Below, in pieces: positions 38,453 to 49,740 of a stretch of DNA of 64,000 bases. The translations under genes and the position numbers were made by a program. The DNA is from Cyanophora paradoxa CCMP329. Lineage: Eukaryota; Plantae; Glaucophyta. The stretch lies in assembly GCA_004431415.1 (NCBI GenBank), contig QPMI01000152.1:214351-278350 (forward strand), given 5' to 3'. Numbering within the stretch: position 1 is the first letter of the stretch; each line of letters starts with the position of its first letter. Below the pieces are notes generated by a model. It was given only the letters and a program-made list of their open reading frames with translations. It had not been told where the DNA came from and searched no databases.

Positions 38453-39295
38453 TTAAGCATCAAGGAGGGAAGAGAAGAGCAGCAGGCCCGACGTGGCGGC
38501 AATGCTGATGCCGAAGTTGCTGATCGGGGAGCGGGTCAGAGAAAGCAAGATGAAATGTGCGGATCGGAGAGAGAGCTTACACGGGGGCAATGATGTGCTT
38601 AAGCAACCAGAAGCCCAGGGCGAGCGTGAAAATGAAAAACATGCTGTTGTTGTAGAGAATGGAGTAGGAGACCGACTCCTTCGTCAGCATGTCGTTGAAA
38701 GTCTGCTGGCTGCATCGCAGGCCGTCAGTGAAAGTGCGCGCGCGAAACGGAACAAGGGGAGCCCGAACCGGAGCTTGCTCGTCTCCTTCTTGTTCTTCTT
38801 GTCGCCCTCGCCGAGCTCCCTCACCTGCTTGTACTCCCGGGTCTTGCTCAGCCTAAATGAAGCGCGGCCCATCAGCTTGGGCTGCATGACAGCTCGCAAG
38901 GCTGCCGCGCAGCGCACTTTGCCCGCTGCTTCGCCGCGGTGTTGCTGTAGGTGAAGCTCGCGCAGACGGCGCTGGCCAGGACGACAACCGCGAAGAGCGG
39001 AGCGTAGGTTGCGAGATCCATGCCCAGGACGGTCACATACAGGTCTGCGCACGGGCGGCGTTGAGCAAGAAACCTCGGTGCCCATCGCCGAACACACAGC
39101 TGACGCACAGACGGGAATGGCGGCGACAACGAGGCCATTTGCGAAATAGAGGCCGCGCTGCGCAAGCGTGGGCTTCCCGGAGTCTGCGCCAGGCGTCGGT
39201 CAGCGGCCAAATCCGGTTGGCGGAGCGCGCGGCCGCCTCGCGGGCCCGCGCATGGACGCACTCGGGATGATCAAGTCGTCGTCGAGGAGATCCAT
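38453..39295 (-). CDS. SSR3: Translocon-associated protein gamma (TRAP-gamma)
   Basis: LYFANGLVVAAIPVYLY...FTYSNTA...ESVSYSILYNNSMFF...NFGISIAATSGLL; four TM segments. Confidence 0.85.
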
Positions 39296-39497
39296 TCTGG
39301 CGGGCGGCGGGCGGCGGGACGAACGCTTTCGAGCCGTACCCCTCTTTCGATCCCCCTGGTTCCCCCCCTGCCTACAGGAAGTGCTCTACGCGCACGGCCA
39401 CGTGCACGGCGATCAATAGGGATGAATTTACAATGCTACTAACTGAAGCTGTGCTGGAGGAACAAGAAAGGACAGGGGGGAGTGAGGCTGAATAAGC

Positions 39498-41189
39498 TCA
39501 GGAAAGCTTCCGGGCACGCTCGAAGAGGGATCCAACGACGTTGCTCATGTTCGAGACGGTCTCAAGAGCCGCAGGGTAGGTCTTGTCAGACACCTGGTCC
39601 TCATAGACAATCAGGCAGTTGGCTCCCTGGTCCAAGATCCCACGGAACTTCTTGTCCAGAATCATCTGAGACAACCTGGCGGGCGGACAGTCAGAGAATG
39701 CATTCGCAATAGTGAAAGGGTCTACAATCGCCGCACTTCGCCTCCACTGTTTCACGTGGTAGCTTGATCAGCTCTGCCACGTGGGCAATCTCCACACGCG
39801 TGAAGGGCTCGATGATCCTGCACAGGTTCTGCTCCAGGAGGGTGTTGTAGAGAGCGGACAGGTGCGAAGAGATAATAAGGTCATCGCTAAGCTCTGTGCC
39901 ACATTCAATGCTCTGTGCATGATCCTTCAAGGAGTAGATAAAAGCTTGCCTTTCTTGTACTTCTCCTGAGCTTCTTCGAAGGCTTTCAAGGATCGCGACG
40001 AGTGCGCCTTCGCTACTGCACGCATGGCATCGATATCGGGGCCGGCGAACTTCAGAGCAGCCTTGCTGTTCATGATAGACGAGACCTCGTCCGTCTGCTA
40101 AGAGAATGAAAGACCTGGCAGGGGTTGCCAAAAGCGGAAAGATCAAGAGCGCACCGCGTTCATCATAATCTTGCAAAGAAGCATGTACTTGAGGCAGAGC
40201 ATTGCCCGCGGGTCCTCAAGGGTGCTGTAGCCCTCCATAGCTTCATAAAGGTAAGAATACCTGTGAGGCGCACAAAAGCTTCATGTAGACATTGGCACGG
40301 CGAATAGTCGATGCGCACGCTGTCTTGTAGTCCTTCTCGTCTGCGTGCAGAATGCCAGCCTGCATGTCGATCTCGGCCTGGAGGGCTGGGGGGCAGTAGA
40401 TGGCATTTGCTGATGTCCGTGCAGAAGTAAGGGATGCCTGCGGTGAGCAATCAGCGATTAAGCGCAATATGCGCTGAAAAAGATCCATACGCACCCTGGC
40501 CTTCGCCAGGTTCCGCAGCGCGTGGTGGATTTGGCTTTCAATGAGCTGGATCTCCAGGAGCAGCAGCTTGTCGTCCAGGCGCTTGACCTCGCGGATAAGA
40601 TCGCCAATGAGCTGCAGAGCCTTGGAGTACTCCTGGTTCTTGAAGTAGCTGCCGCAGAACATCAGGGGAGGAGCATGCGCAGCGCAAACCCCAGCGCACA
40701 TTGCCGACAGCCGGGCCTCGATGCGCTGGCGCAGGAACGTGCGCTTCTCCTGGCGCGCCCATTCAATGCTCTCCAGACACAGATCCGTCATGAGCCGCGT
40801 TGAGTTGGGGATTTGCTCGACGTTGTCAATGACCGTCCGGACTGAAGACCAGTCAGCAGGAGCCGGGACGAAGCTGCAGGCAGCTCACCAATCTTAGCGG
40901 TCTTGGCCTTCGGGATGCTCGCGAAGAATGGCCGGATCTTCTGCAGGAGCTGGCGGAGCTGCTCGCCGCGCCTGCGGGGGGCTCAGGCGCGCCGCGCGAC
41001 GCGACAGCGCGTACGTACCCGGACTTCGCGTACAGCTCACTCAGCTTGTAGATGGCCTGCTCCTTCGCCTTGACCGCATCGTCCTCCTTCGCCTCTGCGC
41101 GGCACACATTGAGCGCAACAGCAGATGTCGCCCACGCCCTGCACACCTCCGGTGATGAGCGCCTCGAGCTGAGCCTCGGTTTCCGCCAT
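39498..41189 (-). CDS. RPN6: 26S proteasome lid subunit Rpn6 (PSMD11)
   Basis: [88 protein letters not shown]. Confidence 0.97.
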
Positions 41190-41415
41190 CCCTGGTCTTC
41201 TGTCGGGGGGTACGCTGCCACTCTTCGCGCCGCCGCGAAAAGCACCAGAGAAGCGCACGCGAAGCCGGCGCGCTGATCGTCCTCGTTCGGCGTAGGATTC
41301 GCGCGTCGTCGTAGCGCTAGCGCGTTCTCCAAGTTCGGCTGCCATTTGCGGCGTGTAGCGGGGGCGAGCATCTTCCGGGCCATACCGTCGCTTAAGAAGA
41401 TAGAATAGAGCAAAT

Positions 41416-43787
41416 ATGCAGGCGCCTATCATCGTTTTGAATCAGAACACCAAGCGGGAGACTGGCAGGAAGGCGCAGCTCGGGAACATAGCTGCGGCCA
41501 AGGTGCGGCGGCGCGTGTGGCGCGGCCATCGTGCCAGCTAACCACTTTCCCCTGCAGGCCATCGCCGACATCATCCGGACCACGCTCGGCCCCCAGTCCA
41601 TGCTTAAGATGCTGCTCGATCCCATCGGCGGGCTGGTGATGACCAACGACGGCAACGCCATTCTGCGTGAAGTTGACGTCTCTCATCCTGCGGCCAAGAG
41701 CATGATTGAGCTCAGCCGTACGCAAGACGAGGAGGTCGGCGATGGTACCACGTCCGTCATCATCCTCGGTCCGCCCCCTGACCAGCCGCGCGTGCTTGTG
41801 CGCTAATGCGTGTGCTTAGCCGGTGAGTTCCTCGCGTGCGCGGAGCCGCTGCTGGAGCGCAATATCCATCCCACGGTCATCGTGAGCGGTTTCAAGAAGG
41901 CGCTGGAAGACGCCCTCGCCGTCTGCGACAAGCTCGCCTTCAGCATCGACTCCAACAAGCGGGACGAGATGATAAAGATCGTGCAGAGCTGCCTCGGCAC
42001 GAAGTTCGTGAGCCGCTTCGGACCGATGATGGCGGACCTCGCGCTTGAGGCCGTCTCGACGATCTGCACCGACGTCCCCGGGGGCAAGAAGGAGATTGAT
42101 ATCAAGCGCTACGCGCGCATTGAGAAGGTGCGCTCGGTTCCTTTCCGCAAGCGGCGGCATTCGGCGCTGGCCGGGCTTGACGCGCGGGCAGATCCCCGGT
42201 GGCGAGCTCGACGACTGCCGCGTTCTCCGCGGTGTGATGGTCAACAAGGACATCACGCACCCGAAGATGCGGCGCCGCATTGAGAACCCCCGCATCCTCC
42301 TCCTGGACTGCCCCCTCGAGTACAAGAAGGGCGAGAGCCAGACGAACGTGGAGTGCACAAAGGAGAGCGACTTCGCGGAGCTGCTGAAAATGGAAGAGGA
42401 GTACGTCGAGAAGATGTGCAACGACATCATCAAGCACAAGCCCGACCTGGTCGTCACCGAGAAGGGCGTCTCCGGTCCGCCCGCCGCCCGCCCGGCCCCG
42501 CAGCGCACCCTCACTCGCGCCTGCAGACCTGGCTCAGCACTACTTCGTCAAGCACAACATTTCGGCGCTGCGGCGCGTGCGCAAGACGGACAACAACCGC
42601 ATCGCGCGGGCGTGCGGGGCGACCATCGTGAACCGCACGGACGAGATCCGGGAGAGCGACATCGGCACCGGCGCCGGCCTCTTCGAGGTCTCCAAGATCG
42701 GCGACGAGTGCGCGGCCCTTCCGAGCGCGACGCGGCTCGGCCGCTGGCGCTCACCCCGCCACAGGTACTTCGCCTTCGTTGTGGACTGCAAGGCGCCGAA
42801 GGCGTGCAGTATCATCCTCCGCGGCGCGTCGAAGGACGTGCTCAACGAGGTGCGGCCGCCGGCGGCGCCCCTCGCGGCGCGGCGGGGCCGCTCACGCGCG
42901 GGGCGGCGCGGGGCAGGTGGAGCGGAACCTGCAGGACGCGATGTGCGTGGCGAGGAACGTCTACATCGACACCCGCCTCGTGCCCGGTGGCGGAGCCGTC
43001 GAGATGTCCATCTCCCAGGTGCCCTCGCCTTCGCGTCGCCCTCGCTCCCGCGGCGCCGGCCGACGCCCCGTGCGCTCGCAGGCCCTGCAGCAGAACTCGA
43101 AGCAGATCGAGGGCCTGCAGCAGTACGCGTACCGGGCGCTCGCGGTGGCTCTGGAGGTCATCCCGCGCACCCTCGCCCAGAACTGCGGCGCCTCCGTCGT
43201 CCGCGTCCTCACCGAGCTCCGGGTTCGCCGCTCCCCGCCCCAGCCCCTTCCAGCTCGGCGAGTGATGCCTAAATTTTCGGCTTGTCCGACACCCCGTGAG
43301 GACAACCATCTCCTATATATTCTGACGCCTGCGAAAGTCCTCTAGAAGCCCTCGGGATCGAGATTTCGCTCCGACGCTGACCCGGCCCCGCGCAGGCGAA
43401 GCACGCGCACGGCGGCCACCTGACGTACGGCATCGACGGGATGAAGGGCACGCTCGCCGACATGAAGGAGCTCGGCATCTGGGAGCCCTACGCGGTCAAG
43501 ACCCAGACCATCAAGACCGCCGTCGAGGTGCCCCTTCTGGGACCCTGAGAGGCTTCGGAGCGCTGACGGTTGCCCCGCGCGCAGTCCGCGTGCATGCTGC
43601 TCCGCATCGACGACATCGTCTCGGGCATCTCGAAGAAGAAGGAGGCCAAGTCTAGCGGCCCCGCCGAGAAGGAAGAACCCGAGGAGACCGTACGCCCGCC
43701 CCCGCGCCCCGGCCCCATGCCACCCCCCGCCTCAATCTGAACTGACCCCCCGCCCCTCCGCAGTTCGGCGACCAGCGCGACGGCTAG
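41416..43787 (+). CDS. CCT3: T-complex protein 1 subunit gamma
   Basis: MQAPIIVLNQNTKRETGRKAQ, TNDGNAILRE, VGDGTTSV, LLDCPLEYKKGESQT, LLRIDDIVSG...ETFGDQRDG*. Confidence 0.97.
43257..43329 (+). ncRNA. Candidate intronic box C/D snoRNA in a CCT3 intron (43223-43395)
   Basis: Terminal stem GGCG/CGCC; C-like box GTGATGC 43262-43268; D' CCGA 43286-43289; C' GTGAGGA 43296-43302; D box CTGA 43322-43325, 70 nt upstream of the 3' splice site. AT-rich island in an intron 2-3 times longer than its neighbours. Confidence 0.7.
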
Positions 43788-44026
43788 AGCGCTGTCTCGT
43801 AGACCCTAGTTGGCTCGTCCGTGAAATTACTAATTCAGCTGGCGGCCCGGGCAGCGTTGAACCCCGCACCCGCACGCATCGGAACCGAGGGGCGCACGCG
43901 TACGAGGGTCCATGCGAAATGAAATTTCAGTTCAATTTGAAAGCGGAGCGAAGACGATAATTATAGGGCGCTGTACACATTAAAGGCTGCCGCGTTGAAA
44001 AGCCGCGAGGGAGGGGCCCGGCGGGC

Positions 44027-45805
44027 CTACAGGAGGGTGCGGGCGTGGGTGCGGGCGCCGAGGAGGCCGAGGTCGGGGTGCGTGACGACGCAGACAGGGA
44101 CCTTCTCGACGACGCCGCGGAGGCGGCCCTTGTCCAGGAACGACTTCATGAAGACGTTGTCCTTCTGCATCGCCGCAAGGTTCTTCGGCGCGATCCCGCC
44201 TGCGCGCGAGGCCCGTCAGAGGCGCTCGGGCGCGCGCGGGAGAGGGCGCGGTGGGGGCGGCACCGGCGATGAACATGCCGCCGCGGGGGATGAGGGTGAG
44301 GGCCTTGTTGCCGGCCTCGGCGCCGTAGATCTCCATGAACATCTTGACGGCCATCTCGCACAGGGCGTCCTCGCCCTTGCCGCCCTTGATGCTGATGATC
44401 GGGCTCGCGTCCTCCGCCCCCTGGATCTCCCCGTGCGTCTGCTTGTCCACCTTCTCGGGGAAGACGGTCGAGAGGTAGCTGTAGATGTCGCGCAGGCCGG
44501 CCCCCGAGACGAGGCGCTCCACGGAGACGTGCGCGTCGTCCGCGCCCAGCTTCTCCCGCATGAACTTCAGGAGCCCGTCCTGCAGCGCGTTCCGCGGGCC
44601 GAACTCCCTGCCCCCGCCCCTCAGCGCCGCCCGCCGCCCGCGCCCGCGCGCACGGCCCGCGCACGTGTGGCCGCCCTCGGAGCCCTGCGCGTGGTACTTG
44701 GAGCCGTCGTGCGTGAGGAAGACGACGCCCAGGCCCGTGCCGGCGCCGATGCAGCCGATGGCGCCGCCCTCCTTCTTCTCTCCCGCCTGCCCCGACGCGT
44801 CAGGGGCGGCGCGGCGGAGGCCAGGCGGCCGCGGGGCCGCTGCCGTACCTGGAGGACGACGACGTCCTCGGGGGTGAGGGCGGGAAGCCCGTAGCCGTTC
44901 GCCACGAAGTCGTTGATGAGGCGGACAGCGGGGATGGAGAGCCGCTTCTCCAAGTCGCGGCCGTCGATCGCCTTCTCCACCTACGCGCCCCGGGAAATAG
45001 GATCAGCGAGAGCAGCCGCGGTCGCCCCGGGGGACGCGCGCTCGCCTTCCACTCGACATTGGTCAAGAGGCACTTGTCGTCCTCGACCGGCCCAGCGACG
45101 GCGAGGCAAGCGCTCGCCGGGGAGGCATTGCCCTAGTCCAGGAGTGAGCGGCAACCGGCCCAAGCTAAGCGCTGCGCGCACGGCTTCGGCGAGGAACTCC
45201 TTGATGATGTCCACCAGAGAATCATACAGCTTGTTGCTGCGCCCGCGTCAGCCCAGGCTGCGCGGGGCGAGCGGGTTGCGCGCCTGTACGTGCGGGAAAA
45301 GATCACGCGGTCCTCGGTCGCAGACGCGAGCTGTAGCCGGCAGTTGGTACCGCCAATATCCGCCACTGGGCGGGCGGGGCGCGCGCAGCGTCAGCGCGCG
45401 AAAGGCTGCGCTATGGGGCGCGCGCGGGCGGGGGCACCGAGGATGGAGCGACCCTGGGAAGATGCGACGGGAGACATTCCCGGTGATGCTGGCTGGTTGG
45501 CGAGGCGGCCGAACGAGGGGTCCGGCAGAAACTCCGCCGTGAACGAATGAACCCCGAAGAACTGGTACCCCCCATGACCCCGCGCCGCATCTCACAGAGC
45601 GCGCCCGGCGCACCTTGCGGCGCATATTTGCAACCCAATGGAGCGAACCGTCCAGCCGCCCGCAGAAACGGGCCGCGCCGACCGAGAGGGACTTGCCCGG
45701 GCCAGCGCGACGAGCGCGCGGTACGGACAGGACCGCCTCGGCGACCGTGAGCTGATCCGCCTGGCTAGAGAGCTTGGGCGGGACGGCGGCTACGAACGCG
45801 GCCAT
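44027..45805 (-). CDS. glk: Bacterial-type glucokinase (Glk family) with a plastid transit peptide
   Basis: MAAFVAAVP... presequence; VADIGGTNCRL, AVAGPV, LINDFVANGYG, IGAGTGLG, SEGGH, SVERLVSGAGL, GGMFIAGGIAPK, FLDKGR; TAG 44027. Confidence 0.92.
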
Positions 45806-46346
45806 CGCTTGTGTCGCGCTGTGCGTACGTCAGCCGCGCCTTACGAGCCCGTCACGCCGGTGAAGCAAGGGCTTGCGCACCTAAGAACACTTCTTCTGTC
45901 TGTGAGTGACGTGGGCTGTCACGCCGCTGACTCCGCAAGTTAGACTGCAACTGCCGCGGCCGGGCTTGTCGGGCTGGACGGGTGAGCAGCGCGTCGATCC
46001 TGCTCCTATCGATGCAGCTCCGAGGTTTGAGTTCGCGCGTACGCGTGCTACTTATGCTGCTGTGAACTGGAGTCGTAGTGGAATTCGTACCCCTATTAGC
46101 ATGACTAGCTCCGATCGCTGCAGCCGAATTGCGAGTGGCTACGCAGCTGCGGCGTCGGACAAACTGTGACAGTGCCACGGCATACGTATCGGCAGGGGCG
46201 CCCGCTGAGCCCTCGTCGTGTCGCGGCTTTTAATTAGAAAAAAGAAAGAATTTCAAAATTGAAATCGCAAAAATTACTGGACTGGGGGGACATCTAGGGA
46301 GTAAAGCTGTACCGCGGTTCCTAGAGCTCGCCGCGGTACGCAGGCC

Positions 46347-49159
46347 TCAGCTCATGATGTAGTAGACGCGCGGGCCGCTGAAGCCGTTGAACTGCGGGGC
46401 GCGGGGTCAGGCCGGGCGCGAGGGCGCGGGGCCCGGCGTCCTCCAGCGGGGGGCGCACGGCGGTCTGGGAGGAGACGGTGTAGGCGCCCATGCCGGTGAA
46501 GTAGAGCCAGTCGCCGATGTTGAGCTCGGGGAGCATCACGTTCTTCGCGACGCAGTCCAGCGAGTCGCACGTCGGCCCGAAGAGCGTGCTCTGCCGCAGC
46601 TGCAGGTCCGGCCTCTTCGCCACCGGCAGCGGCGTCGGGCACGCCCCGTCGAACAGCACGCAGTTGAACGAGCCGTAGATCCCGTCGTTGATGTAGTAGA
46701 GGGTCGCCGAGGCCTTCTCGGGCCCCTCGGCGTTGTGCGCCACCTTCTTCGCGAAGATCTGCGTGCACAGCGTGAAGCTCTCCCCCGCGAAGTACCTGGC
46801 GGCCCGGCGGCGTCAGGGCGGGCGCCGACGGGGCGGGGCGAGGGGCGGCGGGCGGGGCGCACCGGCCGGGCTCGGCGATGACGCGGACGGAGGGGTCGAA
46901 GAGCTCGTCGAGGAGCGGGGCGACGCCGGCGGCGATCTCCTCGAAGGTCGGCGAGGCGACGTCCGAGGCGGGGAAGCCGCCGCCGATGTCGAGGATGGAG
47001 GGGGGGAACCCGGCCTCCTCCATCTGGTCGAAGACGGCGCGGGCCTCGCGGAGGGCGGCGCGGCGGCCCTCGACGCTGGCGCCGACGTCGACGTGGAAGG
47101 AGACGCCGACGACGCAGACGCCAAGGGCCCGGGCCGCCCTCAGGAGCCCCGGGACCTCCTCCAGCGACGCCCCGAAGCGGCTCCCCGGCTGCTTGGGCTT
47201 CAGGCCCGCCGGCGAGATCCGCAGCAGCAGCCGCGCCTCCGGGTACGACGTCCCGATCTTGTGCAGCTCCGGCTGCGCCCGGCGGCGTCGGGCGGGGGCG
47301 CGGGGCGGGGCGGGGCGGGCGGGGCGCGCGGGGCGGGCACCTCGTTGTCGAAGCAGAGGAGGGAGCAGTTGGAGGACTGGGCGAACTTGATCTGGGAGGC
47401 CATCTTGCAGGGGTTGGCGTAGAGGACGCGGGAAGGGTCGACGCCTAGGTCGAGGATGTTCACGATCTCGGCCTTGGAGGAGCACTCGAAGCCGCAGTCC
47501 AGCGCGCTCAGCGTCGCCAGCAGCGCCGGGTTCGGGTTGCACTTCACCACTGCCCGCCCCCGCCCCCTTCGTCGGCGGCGCGGCCAGAGGGACCGGGCGG
47601 GGCGGGGTGGGGCGGGGCACCGTAGAAGGGGTCGACGCGGGGCATGAGGGCCTTCCAGCGGGCGTGCTTGCGGGTGACGACGCCGAGGTCGACGAGGAAG
47701 AAGGCCTCCTCGGCGCCCTCCCGCGCGATCTTCTGCGCCACGAGGTCCGACGTCTTCGCGTCCACCGAGACCCGCTCCACCCCGTACTCCCCCACGATCC
47801 GCTCCAGCATCTCCGCGTACGTCGGGTGCGGGTGCAGCATCGCCGAGAGCGTGCGCGGCAGCAGCCGCGTCACGTGGTCGTTGATCTTGCGGATCTTGTG
47901 CTCCTTCGAGGGCTCCTTCTCCTTGAGGATGTACTTGCAGGAGAGCACCGAGTAGCAGTCCTGGAAGCGCTGCACGGTGCGGTCCTTGAGGACGAACCCG
48001 TGGAGGTCGCTGGAGAAGGCGTGGCTCAGGTCGCCGGCCGGCGAGCGGTCGTCCGCGAAGAGCGTCACGCTGAGCTTGCCCGGCTTGAACGTGTCGATGA
48101 CCCGGTTGATGAGGTCCGTGTAGTCCGGCTCCGGCAGGTTCGTCTCGAAGCTCACGTACGAGCAGTGCGACTCGGGCGTGATGTGGATCGTGTAGTACGA
48201 CTGCGCCGCCGGCCCGTCAGGCGCGAGCGATAAAAAAGGAGAGGAGGGAGCGCGCGGACCTTGCCGAAGAGGCCGTTCATGGAGTAGCCGCAGGGCTCGA
48301 AGACGTAGTCGTCGATGAGGGTGCCGGGCTTGAAGAGGGCCCCGATGCCCGAGCTCTCCGTCACCATCTTCGGCGTCACGCTGGGGTCGGTCTTGAAGAA
48401 GGCCTTCATCACCTCCGGGTCGAGGTCGCCCATCTGGATCTCCAGCTGCTGCTCGATCTCGCCCTGCTCCGGGCTCTTCGTGTAGTCCGCGATGTAAAGG
48501 TTCCAGCGGTTCCCGTTGAGCGGCCCCAGGATGTACGACGCGCCCTCGAAGTACTGGTCCAGGAACGCCACCTGCGCGCGCGCCGCGTCGGCCTCGGGAA
48601 ACAGAGGATGCTGCGGCGGCGCGGGCGGGCGCGGGCGGGCGGCGCGGGGCGCGGCTGCGCACCTCGTCATCGAAGCTCGAGTGGGGGAACGGCTGCTCGC
48701 CGGGGAAGTTGAAGTTGGAGCGGCAGAAACGGACGAACTCGACCTTGGCCCCGATCTGCCCCGCGAACTCCAGTACTTTCGGGATTGTGTTGAGCAGCAC
48801 GGTCGTCCCGCAGGTCTTCAAGATAACCTTGTGCCTGTAGACGAACAAGCTGGACTCGGACAGAACGTAGGCATCGAAGTCGTCGTTGGAGGTGCGATTC
48901 TGCGAGGCATGCTCTCGTCGGGCATGCACCGAGCGCGGGGGGCGCGCCGCGCACCAGGATCGTGCACTTGGCAAGGGTGCAGCACTCCTGCCACTGCGCC
49001 TCCGTGAATATCCGCAGCCCATCGCCGACCACACACGTGAAGTCAATCTCGAGCTTCTTCTCGGGGCCCTCGAATCCGACAACAGTCTCTGCGGAGACGC
49101 ACTCAGTCGCCCGCACTTGATCGCCCGGAGCTAACGCGCGCTGGCGGCGCACCGCTCAT
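46347..49159 (-). CDS. S-adenosylmethionine decarboxylase - ornithine decarboxylase(-like) fusion protein
   Basis: MS|ETVVGFEGPEKKLEI, YVLSESSLFV, KTCGTT, FEPCGYSMN, TIHITPE, SYVSFET (AdoMetDC). Continues in the same exon into FFLVDLG...PFY|VVKCN, YANPCK, LDIGGGF, AEPGRY, YINDGIYGSFNC, FGPTCDSLD, MGAYT, FNGF (ODC). TGA 46347. Confidence 0.95.
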
Positions 49160-49740
49160 CCGCGCCGGTGATATATCGGCAGTGCCGCGGCGGGGGGTGG
49201 AAGGTGTAGATCTGCGCCGAGCTTCTATAAGGATGAAGAATGGCGGGGCGACAGCGGCGCCCGGCGGCGCGGGTCGACCGCGGCGCTGCGCGCTGGGGCT
49301 GCGCACCTAACGATCTCGACTACGACCGCGTGGGAGCCACGCCGTGCGTTACTAACCTCAGCAAACCATAGACCGCGGCTGGGAAAAGAGGAAGGCAGGT
49401 CCTATGGGCGAACTTCGTGTACCCCAGAAGCGAGACTCCTTCAACCTGAAATTGCGGCTCGTTCCAATCCCTCTGGCCTCGTTGACTCAGCAAGCTACAA
49501 CAGCGCAACAGCAGCAAGAAGCAGCGCGGCCTCGGAGCTCGCAGGGCGTGCCAGCTTGCGGTCAGCGTTGCCCTCGCTCCCGCGCTCTGTCTGTCGCCCC
49601 AGCAAGCGCCCAACGCACCAAGGAAAGTCACAGGGGGAGCAGCAGCACCGCGCAACCCCTGAACTAGTTCTCAGCACCGGCGCGGGGCGGCAGCATCGCA
49701 CGGGTTCAGGGCTCAGCGGCCGCATTTGTAGCTACGTGGA

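Noticed and set aside
33078-43787. Proteostasis cluster (RPN7, RPN6, CCT3, SSR3) with F-box, BTB and DCAF adaptors nearby
   Set aside because: No shared promoter motif seen; compatible with chance in a region dense in housekeeping genes.
45806-46200. Several GTAC/CGTACG motifs upstream of glucokinase (SBP/CRR1-type core)
   Set aside because: The 4-mer also occurs throughout the window; enrichment cannot be shown by eye.
49439-49475. TCGTTCCAAT complementary to the conserved U6 segment AUUGGAACGA
   Set aside because: Only 10 nt, and not followed by a D box or framed by C/D boxes.
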